From positions 10,325,989-10,379,530 of the forward strand of contig NC_057755.1 in NCBI RefSeq assembly GCF_004010195.1: a DNA stretch of 53,542 nucleotides, read 5' to 3'. This DNA is from Chiloscyllium plagiosum (taxonomy: Eukaryota). The translations under genes were made by a program, and so were the position numbers. A model generated the notes under the pieces. The model was not told where the DNA came from. It did not search any database and was given only the letters and a program-made list of their open reading frames with translations. Numbering within the stretch: position 1 is the stretch's first letter; every line of letters starts with the position of its first letter. Of this stretch, positions 1 to 11,789 are shown in pieces.

Positions 1-6
1 TGACAG

Positions 7-39
7 ATTTGAATAGACACGTAAAATGTATTGTGAAAG
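7..39 (+). other. Possible 33-nt phase-1/phase-1 micro-exon (DLNRHVKCIVK)
   Basis: acag acceptor at 3-6, open frame, strong donor AAG|GTAAGT at 40-45. The polypyrimidine tract lies outside the window. Confidence 0.3.
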
Positions 40-774
40 GTAAGTGTCAAAACATAAGTTGATGAATATCTTCTCCACATTTTACAACGAAAATAACCTG
101 GAATCAGAGGTTTTTATTTAAACAAACATGACAGTCAGTACGTTCCATTCTACAAAAAGATAGTGTGATTAGTGTGCCGGAATAAAAAAGGAAGATAAAA
201 ATAATTTCTGAAATTATTGCCTACAAATATTTCAGAAAACATTGAAGCGAGAAACTTGAAAAACACAGTTATCTAAAACTATTGAGATAGTAGGATTAAT
301 TTTGGATAAGTGTGAGAGCATTGTCAGTGGGGATATACATTGTTTGTCATTCAAGTACTTTTGAGATCATTTTTCACTTTCACAGCAGACAATAAGAGCA
401 GGAAGTAAAATGTCGTCTGGGAAATCAATGTCATTGAGGCTACATAAGCAAAAATTGCATACATTCTGATGATTTCACGAAAATATAAAGACCAGCAAAT
501 ATTCATGAAATAGATTGGGAAAGCTATGAAAAGAGATCATTAAAGGAAACTTGCCAGTGACGTCAAAATGACAAGAAATTTTCTATTTGCGTATCGCAAG
601 ATCATTTATGATGAGTCCGGGTAAAATGCAGACCTGTTGACATTACCACAGTTCAATATTTACAGTCAAACGTAATTTTGTAAAATATTAAATGGTTTTC
701 TCCTTGTTTTTATCATTCAGGATGATAAAAGTAGATCAAACTAATCAGCACCAAGAGGAAGTTATCAATTCAGG

Positions 775-930
775 GACAATTACAAAATTTAAAAGACTTT
801 TGGACAGGTTCATGAATAGATAAGATTCAGATGAATATTGGCAAATACAAGTGAAAGGAATTGGTTTAATTTGTGAAACAAGTTGGACTAAAGGGTCTGT
901 TTAAGTGATGTTCGATGATATGACTCTGTT
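775..930 (+). mobile_element. CR1 LINE 3' tail fragment, degenerate
   Basis: acaaaatttaaaagacttttggacagg...gttggactaaagggtctgtt...tatgactct matches the reverse complement of the CR1 3' ends elsewhere in the window. Confidence 0.65.
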
Positions 931-938
931 AATCGAAG

Positions 939-1035
939 AAGTAAAAACAATGACTGCAGATGCTGGAAACCAGATGCTGGATTAGTGGTGCTGGAACAGC
1001 ACAGCAGTTCAGGCAGCATCCAAGGAGCTTCGAAA
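939..1035 (-). mobile_element. Solo Penelope-like terminal-repeat fragment with 14-bp TSD
   Basis: Close match to 4556-4652. Flanked by the direct repeat tctgttaatcgaag (925-938 and 1036-1049). Confidence 0.85.
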
Positions 1036-1635
1036 TCTGTTAATCGAAGGTCAGGTCTGTGTAGCATTTTATTTATCTATCTCTAATGCCAGATAACGAA
1101 AGTGTCACCTTTTAACTTAATTTTATGTGTGCAATATAGTTGTAGTGAAGCTTAATTATGGTCTGTTCGAGCATTAGGTATTGAAATGCAAATCCAAACG
1201 CTAGAAGGCATTTTGAGAGGAAACACCAAACAACATTAGCTCAACGAGAGGAAGGAGCGGATAAAGAGCAATGAATGATTATTACATTAAACTGTGACAT
1301 ACCTTTGGTTTCCAACGCAATCAGTTTTTTTTTTCACATTATTTTTAAGTTATCTATATGGTGTTGAAATTTCTGGATGGATTTCAGAAAATCGAAACCA
1401 GTACAAACAGGACATTAACTGATCATGAATGAGAAAGCATTTGTCTGTAAGACTTGCTTGAGCCAATTTAGTGGCACAGTACCAAATACAACAAAGCCTG
1501 AATTGTTTTAGATTATGCATTGAGGGATGTTTTCAAGGGTCAAGGAGTTATCAATGTATGACTGGACTTTAAACGTTTTACATAAATGGAGCAATCTCGT
1601 TGTAAAGATAAGGTCACCAAAGTCCTCTCAAGTGA

Positions 1636-1950
1636 GGGACGGCACGGTGGTTCAATGATTAGCACTGCTGCCTCACATTCCAGCCTTGGGCGACTGTCTG
1701 CTTGGAATTTTCACATTCTCCCCATGTCTGCCTAAGTTTACTCCGGGTAATCTGCTTTCCTCCCATAATCCAAAGATGTGAAGGTTAGCTGAATTAGTCA
1801 TGCTAAATTGCTCATAATGTTCAGGCATTTGTGGGTAAGGTACATTAGTTGAGGATAAATATTGTTAATAGTTATGGATGCGTTACTCTTTGGAGCATCG
1901 ATGTGGCCTTGTTTGGTGGAATGGCCTGTTTCCACACTGCAGGGATTCTA
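1636..1950 (+). mobile_element. tRNA-derived HE1/V-SINE-like element
   Basis: Head ggcacggtggttcaatgattagcactgctgcctcaca, V-domain-like core ttttcacattctccccatgtctg...ctttcctcccataatccaaagatgtg, tail ggcctgtttccacactgcagggattcta. Confidence 0.8.
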
Positions 1951-2221
1951 TTGTATTTTATTCAGAGCATTGACTAGTGTTGATTTGACCAGAAGATCAC
2001 TGCATTTCTGGCAAGACGAAAGTTTAAGAAAGAGAGCCCTGCAATGCTAACGTGAGCTGGTGTGATTATATAATGGTGACATCACTAACTGTTCAGCAAT
2101 CCACCTTACCTCACTGATTTGATTCATAGGTCAAGACTTCACAACATCAGGGAGAATATATCATCAAGAGAAACAGAAAGTGCTTGAAAATCTAAACCAT
2201 TCTGTCACCATCTCAAAGAAT

Positions 2222-2750
2222 CGTAGTCACAGTAATGTACAGCCCAGAAACAAGGCCTTCTGTCCAACCCGTCCATGCCAACTAGATATCCCAACCCAAT
2301 CTAGTCCCACCTGTCAGCATATGGCCCATATCCCTTCAAACTCTTCCTAATCATATACGCATCCAAATGCCTATTAAATGTTCAATTATACCAGCCTTCA
2401 CCACTTCCTCTGGCAGCTCATTCCATACACGTACCACCCCCTGTGTGAAAAAGTTGCTCCTTATGTCTCTTTTATATTTTTCCCCTCTTACCCTAAACAT
2501 ATGCCCTCTTTTTCTGGACTCCCCAACCCCAGGGAAAAAGACTTTGTCTCCTTATCCTGCCCATGCCGCTCATAATTTTGTACACCTGTATAAGTTCACC
2601 CCTCAGCCTCCGACCGTCCAGGGAAAACGGCCCCAGCCTGTTCAGCCTCTCTCTAGAGCTGAAATGCTCTAACCCTAGCAACATTCTTGTAAATTTGTTC
2701 TGAACCCTTTCAAGTTTGACCACATCTTTCCGCTAGGAAGGAGAGCAGAA
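2222..2750 (-). mobile_element. CR1 LINE 3' fragment
   Basis: ORF 2493-2723 reads KLERVQNKFTRMLLGLEHFSSRERLNRLG...RRLRGELIQVYKIM, the CR1 ORF2 C-terminus. Confidence 0.9.
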
Positions 2751-4555
2751 CTTTCTGAATAAGTAATTCTAGTGCTATTCAAAAAATAGATGTTGGACTA
2801 ATTAGTCTATAGTTACCCACCTTTAGTCTCCCTCCCTTTTTGAATGGAGTTGTCATATAAACAGTTCACCTATCGACTGTTACTTTTGAAGAATTGAAGG
2901 AATAGAATCAAAACATTCATTATCTCCATTGTTCTCTAATTGTGGATCCAAAATCTTATTGCCAGCTTTTATATTCCTTACTGATATGTCCTCATCATTT
3001 AATTTATTTCTCATTTACCTTTTTTATGGTCTCCTTTGATGGAATCTAAATTTATTTCAGCCTTCAGGGCAAACACTAAGTCTTGCCTCCTTACATTTTT
3101 GTTTTCTTTTAATTTAATGCATTCCTTAATTTAAGAAACATAAGATATTTCCTTCCCTGGTCAAGTCCCTGCTCACATTTATCCGCGAGTCCTCTGACTC
3201 TTTCCTCCAAGAACAGAATTTCCCGTTTTCAGGCTCATACGCCTCCTCTTTCCCACGGATACGCAATCCCCTTTACACAATATTCCCCACCAGGATGGTC
3301 TCCGGGTTATCCTCTTCTGGCTGGAGCAAAGGCCTGAATAGCCTCACGCCACAACACCTTCTTCCACTTGGTCAAGCTCAGCCAAGCTCTTTTTTAACAC
3401 CTCACATTTTCTTCAGCTCAGAGGGGTGGCCATGTGGACTCCCTTGGGTCCCAGTTATGCTGGTCCCTTCTTTCTCTGATATGTCGATAATATTATGAGT
3501 GCTGCTTTCCTCTCTTGACTGGAATTGGAAATATTCATGGATTTCACTTCCAACTTCCAACCAGCCCTCGGTTTCACATGGATTATCCATGACTACCCCT
3601 TCCCTTCTTCAACATCTTTGTTTCTATTTCTGGGGATCGACTGGCCACTAATGTCCATTGTAAACCCACCAACTCTCACAGACCCCTGGACTATACACCT
3701 TCGCACGCTACTTCCTGTAAAGAATCCACTCCATTCACCCAGTTCCTCCAGCTCCATTCCATATGTTCTGATGAAGCCAAATTCAACTAGGAAAGTCTCT
3801 GAAACGTCCACATTCTTCCTGAAACGTGGATTAACCAGCATTGTCGTTGACTTAACTGGGTCCGACCCATTTCCAATTCTTCAGCCCTTACCCTTTTCTT
3901 CCAGCGTTCCCCTTGTCCTTATTGTAACATCCCACCAGCATTCACATCAAGAAGATTATCAGCTGCCATTTCTGCCAACTGCAGCAAGATGACACCTCCA
4001 GACGTATATTCCCTTCCTTCCCTGGTCCAGCTTTACTGGAACACTTACTCTGGGACACCTTGGTCTACTATTCCTTCACTCCTAACACCCCTCCACAGCC
4101 CCATCGTACCTTCCACCGCAAATTTAAATGCACCATCCTCAGGATCCAAAAATCCAAGCATACATTTCAGTTGAATCAGCACGTTTCCTGCACTTTCCAC
4201 AATCTAGTCCACTGTATTCGCTGCTCACAATGTGACCTCTTCTACTTTTGGCAAAATGAAGCATAGACTGTGTGACCGCTTCACAGAACACCTACGTTCT
4301 GCCCCCAAAATAGACCTTAAACTTCCTGTTGCCTGGCACTTTAATAAACCATTCTGTTCCCTGGCAAATATTGCTGTCTCAGGCTTGTTGCAGTGCTCCA
4401 GCAAAGCTAAACACAAGTTGGAATAACAAAACCTCATTTTCCCCTTGGGGTCCCTTTAGCCCTCTGGACCCCATATCGAGTTAAATAATTTTAGAGCCTG
4501 AACTCTATCACTTCCTAGCTCCCTATCCAACACACCAGTCCTTGTTATTACATAG

Positions 4556-4907
4556 GTAAAAACAATGACTGCAGATGCTGGAAACCAGATTCTGGATTAA
4601 TGGTGTTGGAAGAGCACAGGAGTTCAGGCAGCATCCAAAGTGCAGCGAAATCGACGTTTCGGGCAAAAGCACTTCATCAGGAATGAAGGCAGTGAGCCTG
4701 AAGCGTGGTGAGATGAGCTAGAGGAGGGTGAGGGTGTGGCGAAAGTAGCATAGAGTACAATGGGTGTGTGGGGGATGAAGGTGATAGGTCAGGGAGGAGA
4801 GGGTGGAGTGGATAGGTGTAAAAGGAGCTATGCAGGTAGGACATGTCCGGACAAGTCATGGGAACAGTGCTGAGCTGGAAGTTTGGAACTAGGGTGAGGT
4901 GGGGGAA
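4556..4907 (-). mobile_element. Younger PLE 3' end / terminal repeat inserted into an older PLE
   Basis: Same family as 939-1035 and 15234-15484. Absent from the paralogous position near 45515. Confidence 0.85.
4648..4684 (-). ncRNA. Minimal type I hammerhead ribozyme-like motif in PLE repeat
   Basis: Minus strand: ATTC CTGATGA AGTGC-TTTT-GCCC GAAA CGTC GATTT. Core boxes are intact; stem II has one mismatch. Confidence 0.65.
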
Positions 4908-5589
4908 CATTACACAAGACATATCATTAGCGACTAACTGTCTTCATTCACAGCTATTCGCCATCACAGACAAATCATCACCCGCTCCTTTATCTGTCCA
5001 ACTATTCTTCTCTCTCTTTGGGTTCTACCCCTGCCAATCATTTACTTCTTACCTCCCTGCCCACTCTATCTTCTACATATAAATCAAATTTTCTAGCTAC
5101 CATCAGTTCTGACGAAAGGTCAAGGAACTAAAACATTAACTCTGATTTCTCTTCACAGATGCCACCAGACATACTGAGCTTTTCTTGCAACTTCTATCTT
5201 TGTACACTATGTAACATCCTTGGTGTACCCCAGTTTGTTTATTCCTCTGTTAGAATCTTTTCACTTTCATGGAATGCATTTTTGAAGAAAATCAGAATTA
5301 CCTCCTTAAATATTTCGCATTGCTTGCTTCATATCCGCCCAGTTCATTGTAGACACCTCTATGCTCCTTTCATTATAATTTCCTTTATTTACGTCAAACA
5401 TTATTTTTTCCAAACCAAGATTCTTACAGATCAAGTGAATATTAAATTATGTCATGTTGCAATCATTTCTTCCTTGGAGATCTTTTCCTCTGAGGACTTT
5501 TTTACTTGTCTCATTTGCTGTTACCAGGAATAAGATAGCTGTCTCCCTGGTTGGCTCCATGGCATATTGCTCGAGGAAATGTTCTTTTA

Positions 5590-6280
5590 TTATTCATATA
5601 TGGGATATGGGAGTCACCGGCTAGGCCAGCATTTATTGTCCAAATTAAGAGTCATAGAAACGTACAGTACAGAAACTGACCAGTTGGTCCATCTCATCCA
5701 TGCTGAATAGATACCCTAAATGATTCTCGTCCCATTTGCCAGGACTTGGCTTATATCACTTTAAAACCTTCGTATTCCTATGCCCACCCAGATTCCTTTT
5801 GAATGTTGCAAATATACCAGCTGCTACCATTTCCTCTGCCATCACATTTCATGCATGCACTTTCTGCGTGAAAAAGTTGTCCCTTAGGTGCCTTTTAAAT
5901 CTCATACCCCCACTCACACTAAACTTATGCCCTGCAGTCTCGATTCCCCATCACACGGAAAAGACCTAGTCTGTTTACCCTCTCAATGTCCTGCATGTTT
6001 ATAACCCTCTATAAAGTTACCCCTCAGCCTCAACCGCATTGTTGTTGGTCTGGAGTCACATGTAGACCAGACAAGGTATGGAAAGCAGATTTCCTTCTCT
6101 GAAGGACATTAGTTAACTAGATGTTTTTTTTCCCAATCAGTAATTGTCATCATTAGACTCCTATTTGAAGACTATTGTTAAATTCAAGCTCCAACACATA
6201 CATTCGAAAACCAGCTTCCCAGAATATAACCAAGTCCCTGGATTAATCATCTCATGGTAAACCAATAGGCAATTATCTGC
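5590..6280 (-). mobile_element. Deu/SacSINE1-like SINE interrupted by a CR1 3' fragment (~5651-6030)
   Basis: Similar to the uninterrupted copy at 40370-40715 (ggtctggagtcacatgtagaccagac...ttccttc...aaggacattagt). The same nesting occurs at 46195-46900. Confidence 0.7.
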
Positions 6281-8277
6281 CCTGAATGCACGATCTCCAA
6301 TGCTGACAATGGTGACTGATAGATTCGTGAAAAGATGCATGAACATGAAAGTATATACATGGTGAAAAGGAGTAGGTCGACAGCATGGGATAAATGAATT
6401 GAGAATAGGAGAAGTAATAGCCTAAAATTAAAATAGATGAATTAATAAAATAGAAAACATTGAAAGTAAGAACGTTTTCATAATTACTTGCTCTTTTGCA
6501 AATCCAATCTTTTTTCAATGCATGCCCTGGGTCAGGCAAAACATCCTGCAACACAGAACACCACAGTCTCGCACTGTTGAGGTATATTCCTTCTTGTATT
6601 CTTCTTGTCAAGATTAATAATTTCATATTTTCCCACACTTTGTTTCATTTCTTCAAATCTTTAGCAACTGATTAACCTATTTATGTACCATTCTTGTCTC
6701 CTCTTCATCAGTTCCATTCTACCCTGCCTTGGCGTCATCAGCAAATTTAACAAAAGCTATTTGAGGTCCTTTCCCCTATGTCACATGTATAAATTGTAAA
6801 CAACTGTTTCCATGTTGTACATCTCACTGACTCTACAACTGAGTAGCAAGCATCAATATCAGCAGCTAACCTCTCATAACCTGCCATGAATTAATTACCA
6901 CTTTTAATTATTGTCTGTTTCCTGTTAAGTGGCCAATTTTCAAACTATATTAATGTTACACTGGCACTATAATCATTTACTTTCTGCAAGAATCTTCATG
7001 TGACATGCAATCAAATAGCTTCCAGACATCTAAGCACATCCATTAGTTTCCAACAAACTATTTCACATTACTTTGTCATAAAATTCCAATGAATTATCTG
7101 AAAAAAATCTTTTCACAAAGCAGTTTTGATTCTTCCCAGATATCTCTCCATTTTGTATCATAAACTCACATCTTTGAAATAAACTGTAATAACATGTTCT
7201 CTCTCAGTGATGGTAAATTCACTGAAGAGCCTGTTCTGCGCTGGTCACATTCTACTGCTGAATTCAGTTTCCAATTGTACAATTTAATGAATTTTATAAT
7301 ACCAAAACCATTTTTTTGCGCAAATCACGAGTCATTTGTGAAAAAAAAAAGATGCCTGGATTGTAAACCATATTTTCAAACCGCTCAGTCACATATCCTT
7401 GATGATTTCATTTTTGTTTTGTTCTCTTGAATCCTCATTTCCTGTAATTCCTGAGGTGCAGCTATTTTCAGAATCTTCTGTGCTGTGAAGACCAATACAA
7501 ACTTGAATTAATTTACTGTCTGTCTTTTGTTTAGCATGAATAAGCTCACAAATTAACTTTTTAGAGGAGCAGATTGAAAATGGAGACATGTATACTTTGT
7601 ATTATCAGAAAGAAGCAGGCAATTTTCATGCAGTGTGCTGATATTTGAAAATTATTCAATTTATTTTTTCTGCAAAGTTAGTGATTTTACATTTGTAATG
7701 TCTGTTCTATCTGGAAATATGCGAACATTTTATTTAAACATTCCTTGATTGTAAAAGATGGAATTGGAATTAATTTATTTTCTTGTTATCTCGTTTACAA
7801 GAAAGTTCTAGCATCTCCTGAACCTTAAGTCATCCTGCCTATGCCAAAATCCTGAAGTGACCAGAACATACAAATGTCCTTTTGTGTCTGGCATTTGCAG
7901 CTCGTATTCTGCATTGTACATTAATGTGTAATTTCATTGGCCTGGAAGAGAGATAAATCAGTAAAAGGAGGAGAACTGATTTTGTCCAATGTGTTCAATG
8001 ACATCCAACATTAGGACTACCTGAAATAAACGTCAAATCTAAATTTTGAGAAATTTCTGTATTGAGGATGAAATTGTCAATAATTTGTTGATGCTCCAGT
8101 TTCACGCTCAAAATTGCTTGTAGCATTCATTTTGATTATCATCTGTGTGCACAGCACAGTCAGTAAATTGAACTCCTGTGTGTGTTACCTTATCTGTGTT
8201 GTTTGACGAACTTTACTAATAGCACATCCCAATGGCTACACCAGCACAGAACCGCCAAACCTGAAATCAAACATCAG

Positions 8278-8383
8278 CCAGAAACAAAAAGTGAAATTGC
8301 TGCAGAAACTCAGCACATCTGGCAACATCTTTGGAGAAAAAGCAGAGTTAACATTTCGTGTCCAGTGACCCTTCTTCAGAATG
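8278..8383 (-). mobile_element. Solo PLE terminal-repeat fragment with hammerhead-like core
   Basis: Minus strand 8383-8345: ATT CTGAAGA AGGGTC-ACTG-GACAC GAAA TGTT AACTC. Confidence 0.7.
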
Positions 8384-8894
8384 CAGCTAAATGCCTTCTA
8401 CCTTCGTGTTTCTTGATACAGATTTATATCCACACATCAGTTCGCATCTTAGGTTGAAAAGTCGTTTCTAGTTTGCATTTCCCACAGTTCTTCGGGCAAA
8501 TATTTCAATAGCACAGTTTCTCTCTGTCACTCATTTTTCCCCCTTCTGTTTCTGTCAGTCAGTTTTGCCACTATCGTAATCGATAATGGCTCAAAACACC
8601 ATAAAATACAGTTCTGCAAGACAGCATAAAATACAGTACTGTTGAACTATTTTGCAACCTGGAGGTTCCAATACTCTGAATGCTTGGCGCTAGTAGAAAC
8701 ACTTTACAGTGTCTATTCAGCAGATAACTCAGAACTACGTATAGGACGTCACCAAAGGCCATATAAGGGAGCAAGGGATTTATGAGTAAATGGTTGCTTA
8801 AGTTATACAGTATTTGTAATAGGACAGTGAAATATTACCTTAATAACTTGATTTACGAAGATTACATCAAGCCAGGAAAAGTAAAGCTGTAAAC

Positions 8895-9470
8895 TGTTCT
8901 CTATAGAGGAAAAGGCTTCAGAAATGTACAGCTGAAAAGATATGAGAAATCCTCATTCAGAATGCTGTTAAGATTAAGATTCCAGTTCATGTGGTCGTTA
9001 TGAAGGGAAATGCCATCTTAGCATTCATTGGGTAATATGCAAGAGCAGGGATGCTGAAACTGCATAAGCTCGATCGTATATGTGACCCATTTTGAGCCCC
9101 ATATTTTAGGAAGGAATTGCTAATATTGGAGAGGGATCAGAGGATGTTCACAAGAATGGTTCTGGGAATGAAGGACTTGTTTTGTGAGGAGAAATTGAAG
9201 TCTCTGTGTCCGTATTTGGAGTTTAGAAATGTGAGGTGCCATCTGATTCAAACTTACAGAATACTCCCGGGGGAGTGGCTGCAGAGAAGATGTTTACACG
9301 GAAGACTAGGACCCAAAGGCAAAGCCTTAGATTGAAGGGATGACTCTTTAGAAATGAGTTGAGGAGGAATTTCTTCAGCCAGAGGATGGTGAAGCTGACG
9401 GCTGTGGAGACTAAATTATGCAGTGTATTTCAGACAGAGGTAGATAGGTTCTTGAGCAGCAAGGGGATCA
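8895..9470 (+). mobile_element. CR1 LINE 3' fragment
   Basis: LERDQRMFTRMVLGMKDL...LIQTYRIL and MRRNFFSQRMV. Paralog at ~50190-50880. Confidence 0.85.
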
Positions 9471-10239
9471 CGCATTTTGGATTTAGATTTTATTGTCATG
9501 TGTACTCAAGTACAGAAATACAATGTAGAATGACATCATACACAGTGCCATTTTACGAACAAGTACCTAAATATGAAATCTTACAAACAAGGTGAAAGAA
9601 AGTTCAATGTTAAAGTCATTCTTAGTCCAATACTTTTTAAAAATTACAACCCTTGCTGGTATTATGTAGAAAAGTAAATAACAGGTCAATTAAGCATTAG
9701 TCATTTAAAATGATTATCCACGTTAGGATTTCACTTCCTATTCGGATTCAATTTCCTCTGCTCTGGTATGTTTACTCTGCACACTCCAATAGTTCTTTTT
9801 CAGGGTCACCAGGAACACCCTACCAGGCCTACCACTCCATCTCCGAAGCAAAGCAATCCTTTCAGGGATGAATAGGAAGTCTACCTCAGTGAGGAGAGTG
9901 TCCAACAGTTTGCCCACACCACATGGAGGCAGTAAGTCCCACAGTGACGACACCGTGGGCAAATGGACATTGTGTAGTTCAATGAACTCTTAAAATGGGT
10001 GTGAACATTCCCAGTATTAACATGCTTGGTGTTGAATCTACTGCACGATGTGTTTCACATTGGCGTACCTGGCCAATATCAAAGTGGACCTCCTGTTTCT
10101 GCAGGATTGCAAGATACTGCAGCTCAGCAGTTACCACAATTGATCCCAGAGGATTTTGAACTGGTCAAGGGGAAACAATTGCTATTCCTCTGGACTGGTT
10201 ATTCTGTGGCAAGGAGGTAACGTCACCATCTTCGAATTT

Positions 10240-10828
10240 TTTTTGTGCACGAATCTTTATTCAATTTCCACCACCAGGAAGATAGGAAAACACCCGGGTG
10301 ACCAGTGACAAACAGGGTCCTTCACATCAAAGGACAGTGCTGTGTGATCAAAACAGTGAAGGGCAGGGCAGGGGCTAAATCAAAATAGAGTTGGAGGGAG
10401 AAATGATGCACTCCACTCCCTGCAGCGCCCACCTCTCCCTGAACAATTCCAGGGTGTTGGTCGACACCGCATGCTCCTTCTCCAAGGACACCCGGGCTCT
10501 AACGTAACCGCGGAAGAGGGGCAGGCAGTCGGCCCTAACGACCCCCTCCACGGCCCGCTGCCTGGACCTGTTGATGGCCAGTTTGACCAGGTCCAGGAGC
10601 AGACCCATGTGGAGGTCTTCAGACCTGCCTTCCTTCCTCCGTACCGGGTGCCCAAAGATCAGGAGCGTGGGACTGAAGTGCAACCAAAAACAGAGGAGAA
10701 GGTTTTTCAGAAAATCAAAAAGGGTGTGCAAACGCCCACACCCAATATACACGTGGTCCATGGACTCCACAGCGCCACAGAACAAGCAGTTGGGCTGGGA
10801 GTCCGTGAACCACCACAATCTGCGGTTG
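10240..10828 (-). mobile_element. 5'-truncated L1/Tx1-clade 3' end with poly(A) and 15-bp TSD
   Basis: ORF 10375-10833 has a CCHC-like motif CLFCGAVESMDHVYIGC. T-run at 10237-10244. TSD accatcttcgaattt at 10225-10239 and 10829-10843. Confidence 0.9.
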
Positions 10829-11312
10829 ACCATCTTCGAATTTAATGTGGCGGGAGGCGAGAGCCTATTTGCAGCATATGTTATATGCAGATTAGCTCCC
10901 CGGGACTAATAATGTGCGCCTCCCAGTGGCAAACAGTGAGCAGTTGGCTGTTCTGCCACAACTGCCACTGATGTTGGCAACTCCAGGCCAGTCATCCTGG
11001 TTGCAGACTTCAACTGCATCATTGACACAGATGGATCGTCCAGAGAGGCTGAAAGCAAACTAGACTCCACATCCAATTCCTGATGGAAACAGTTGAAGTT
11101 GCAAAAACTCCTCAATGTTTTCTGCACCCCTGCAGATAGAGCACAGGGTACATCCACCAGGTCGCGGCCAGACCGGTCTATCCGCTCAAGGATAGATTTC
11201 CTGTTTGCTTTCCGCACTTTGTCAGTCAGATCCATTGACGTCAAGCTCATGTTCTTTAGTGGCTACGACGTCCTGCTGGCCGACTGTCACCTCCAGGATA
11301 ACCATCAGGCTG

Positions 11313-11497
11313 AAAATGTGTTGCTGGAAAAGCGCAACAGGTCAGGCAGCATCCAGGGAACAGGAGAATCGACGTTTCGGGCATAAGCCCTTCTTCAGGA
11401 AACTCCTGTTCCCTGGATGCTGCCTGACCTGCTGCGCTTTTCCAGCAGCACGTTTTCAGCTCTGATCTCCAGCATCTGCAGACCTCACTTTCTCCTC
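11313..11497. mobile_element. Fold-back mini-element of two inverted PLE terminal repeats, 13-bp TSD
   Basis: TSD aaccatcaggctg at 11300-11312 and 11498-11510. Arms ~11309-11366 and ~11403-11460 are reverse complements. Confidence 0.9.
11366..11402 (-). ncRNA. Minimal hammerhead ribozyme-like motif
   Basis: Minus strand: TTTC CTGAAGA A GGGC-TTAT-GCCC GAAA CGTC GATTC. CUGANGA, a perfect stem II, GAAA and the GUC triplet are all intact. Confidence 0.75.
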
Positions 11498-11789
11498 AAC
11501 CATCAGGCTGGCAAGGGAATGTGGAAGCTGAACGTGAAATTGTTGACTCAAGTAAGTACTGAGGAGTTCAAAAGAGATTACACTGTTTAGAGAACCATGA
11601 AGTTCCTCTGTATGCACTAAAACGCAGCCATGAAGAAATGGAAGAATAGATTTCTATATGCTGCAGAATATGATGAAATTTAACACAGATATACTTTTCT
11701 GAAATCCAAAGGAAAATACAAATGGAATTAATTGGAGTAAACCACCTGGAAGAAAGTGAGGATTGCAGATGCAAGAGATGAGAATCGAA

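Larger units (their letters stand above)
3145..5190 (+). mobile_element. Penelope-like retroelement remnant (RT, GIY-YIG, 3' repeat), frameshifted
   Basis: GIY-YIG-like NLVHCIRCSQCDLFY / KHRLCDRFTEHLRSA...PVAWHFN at 4190-4430. Degenerate hammerhead-like core near 5105-5142. Interrupted by an insertion at 4556-4907. Confidence 0.85.
2762..9515 (+). repeat. Segmental duplication copy A (paralog of ~43785-50915)
   Basis: Colinear similarity across unique DNA and shared TE junctions, e.g. gtctccctccctttttgaat, ctgtgaagaccaatacaaact, cagtaaattgaactcctgtgtg, atttagattttattg. Confidence 0.9.
9995..11610 (+). mobile_element. Old L1/Tx1-clade ORF2 APE-endonuclease region, decayed, with two nested insertions
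   Basis: Motifs in order across frameshifts: MGVNIPSINM, LANIKVDLLFLQD, PVILVADFNCIID, RSRIDFLF, LLADCHLQD, GMWKLNVKLL. Confidence 0.8.
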
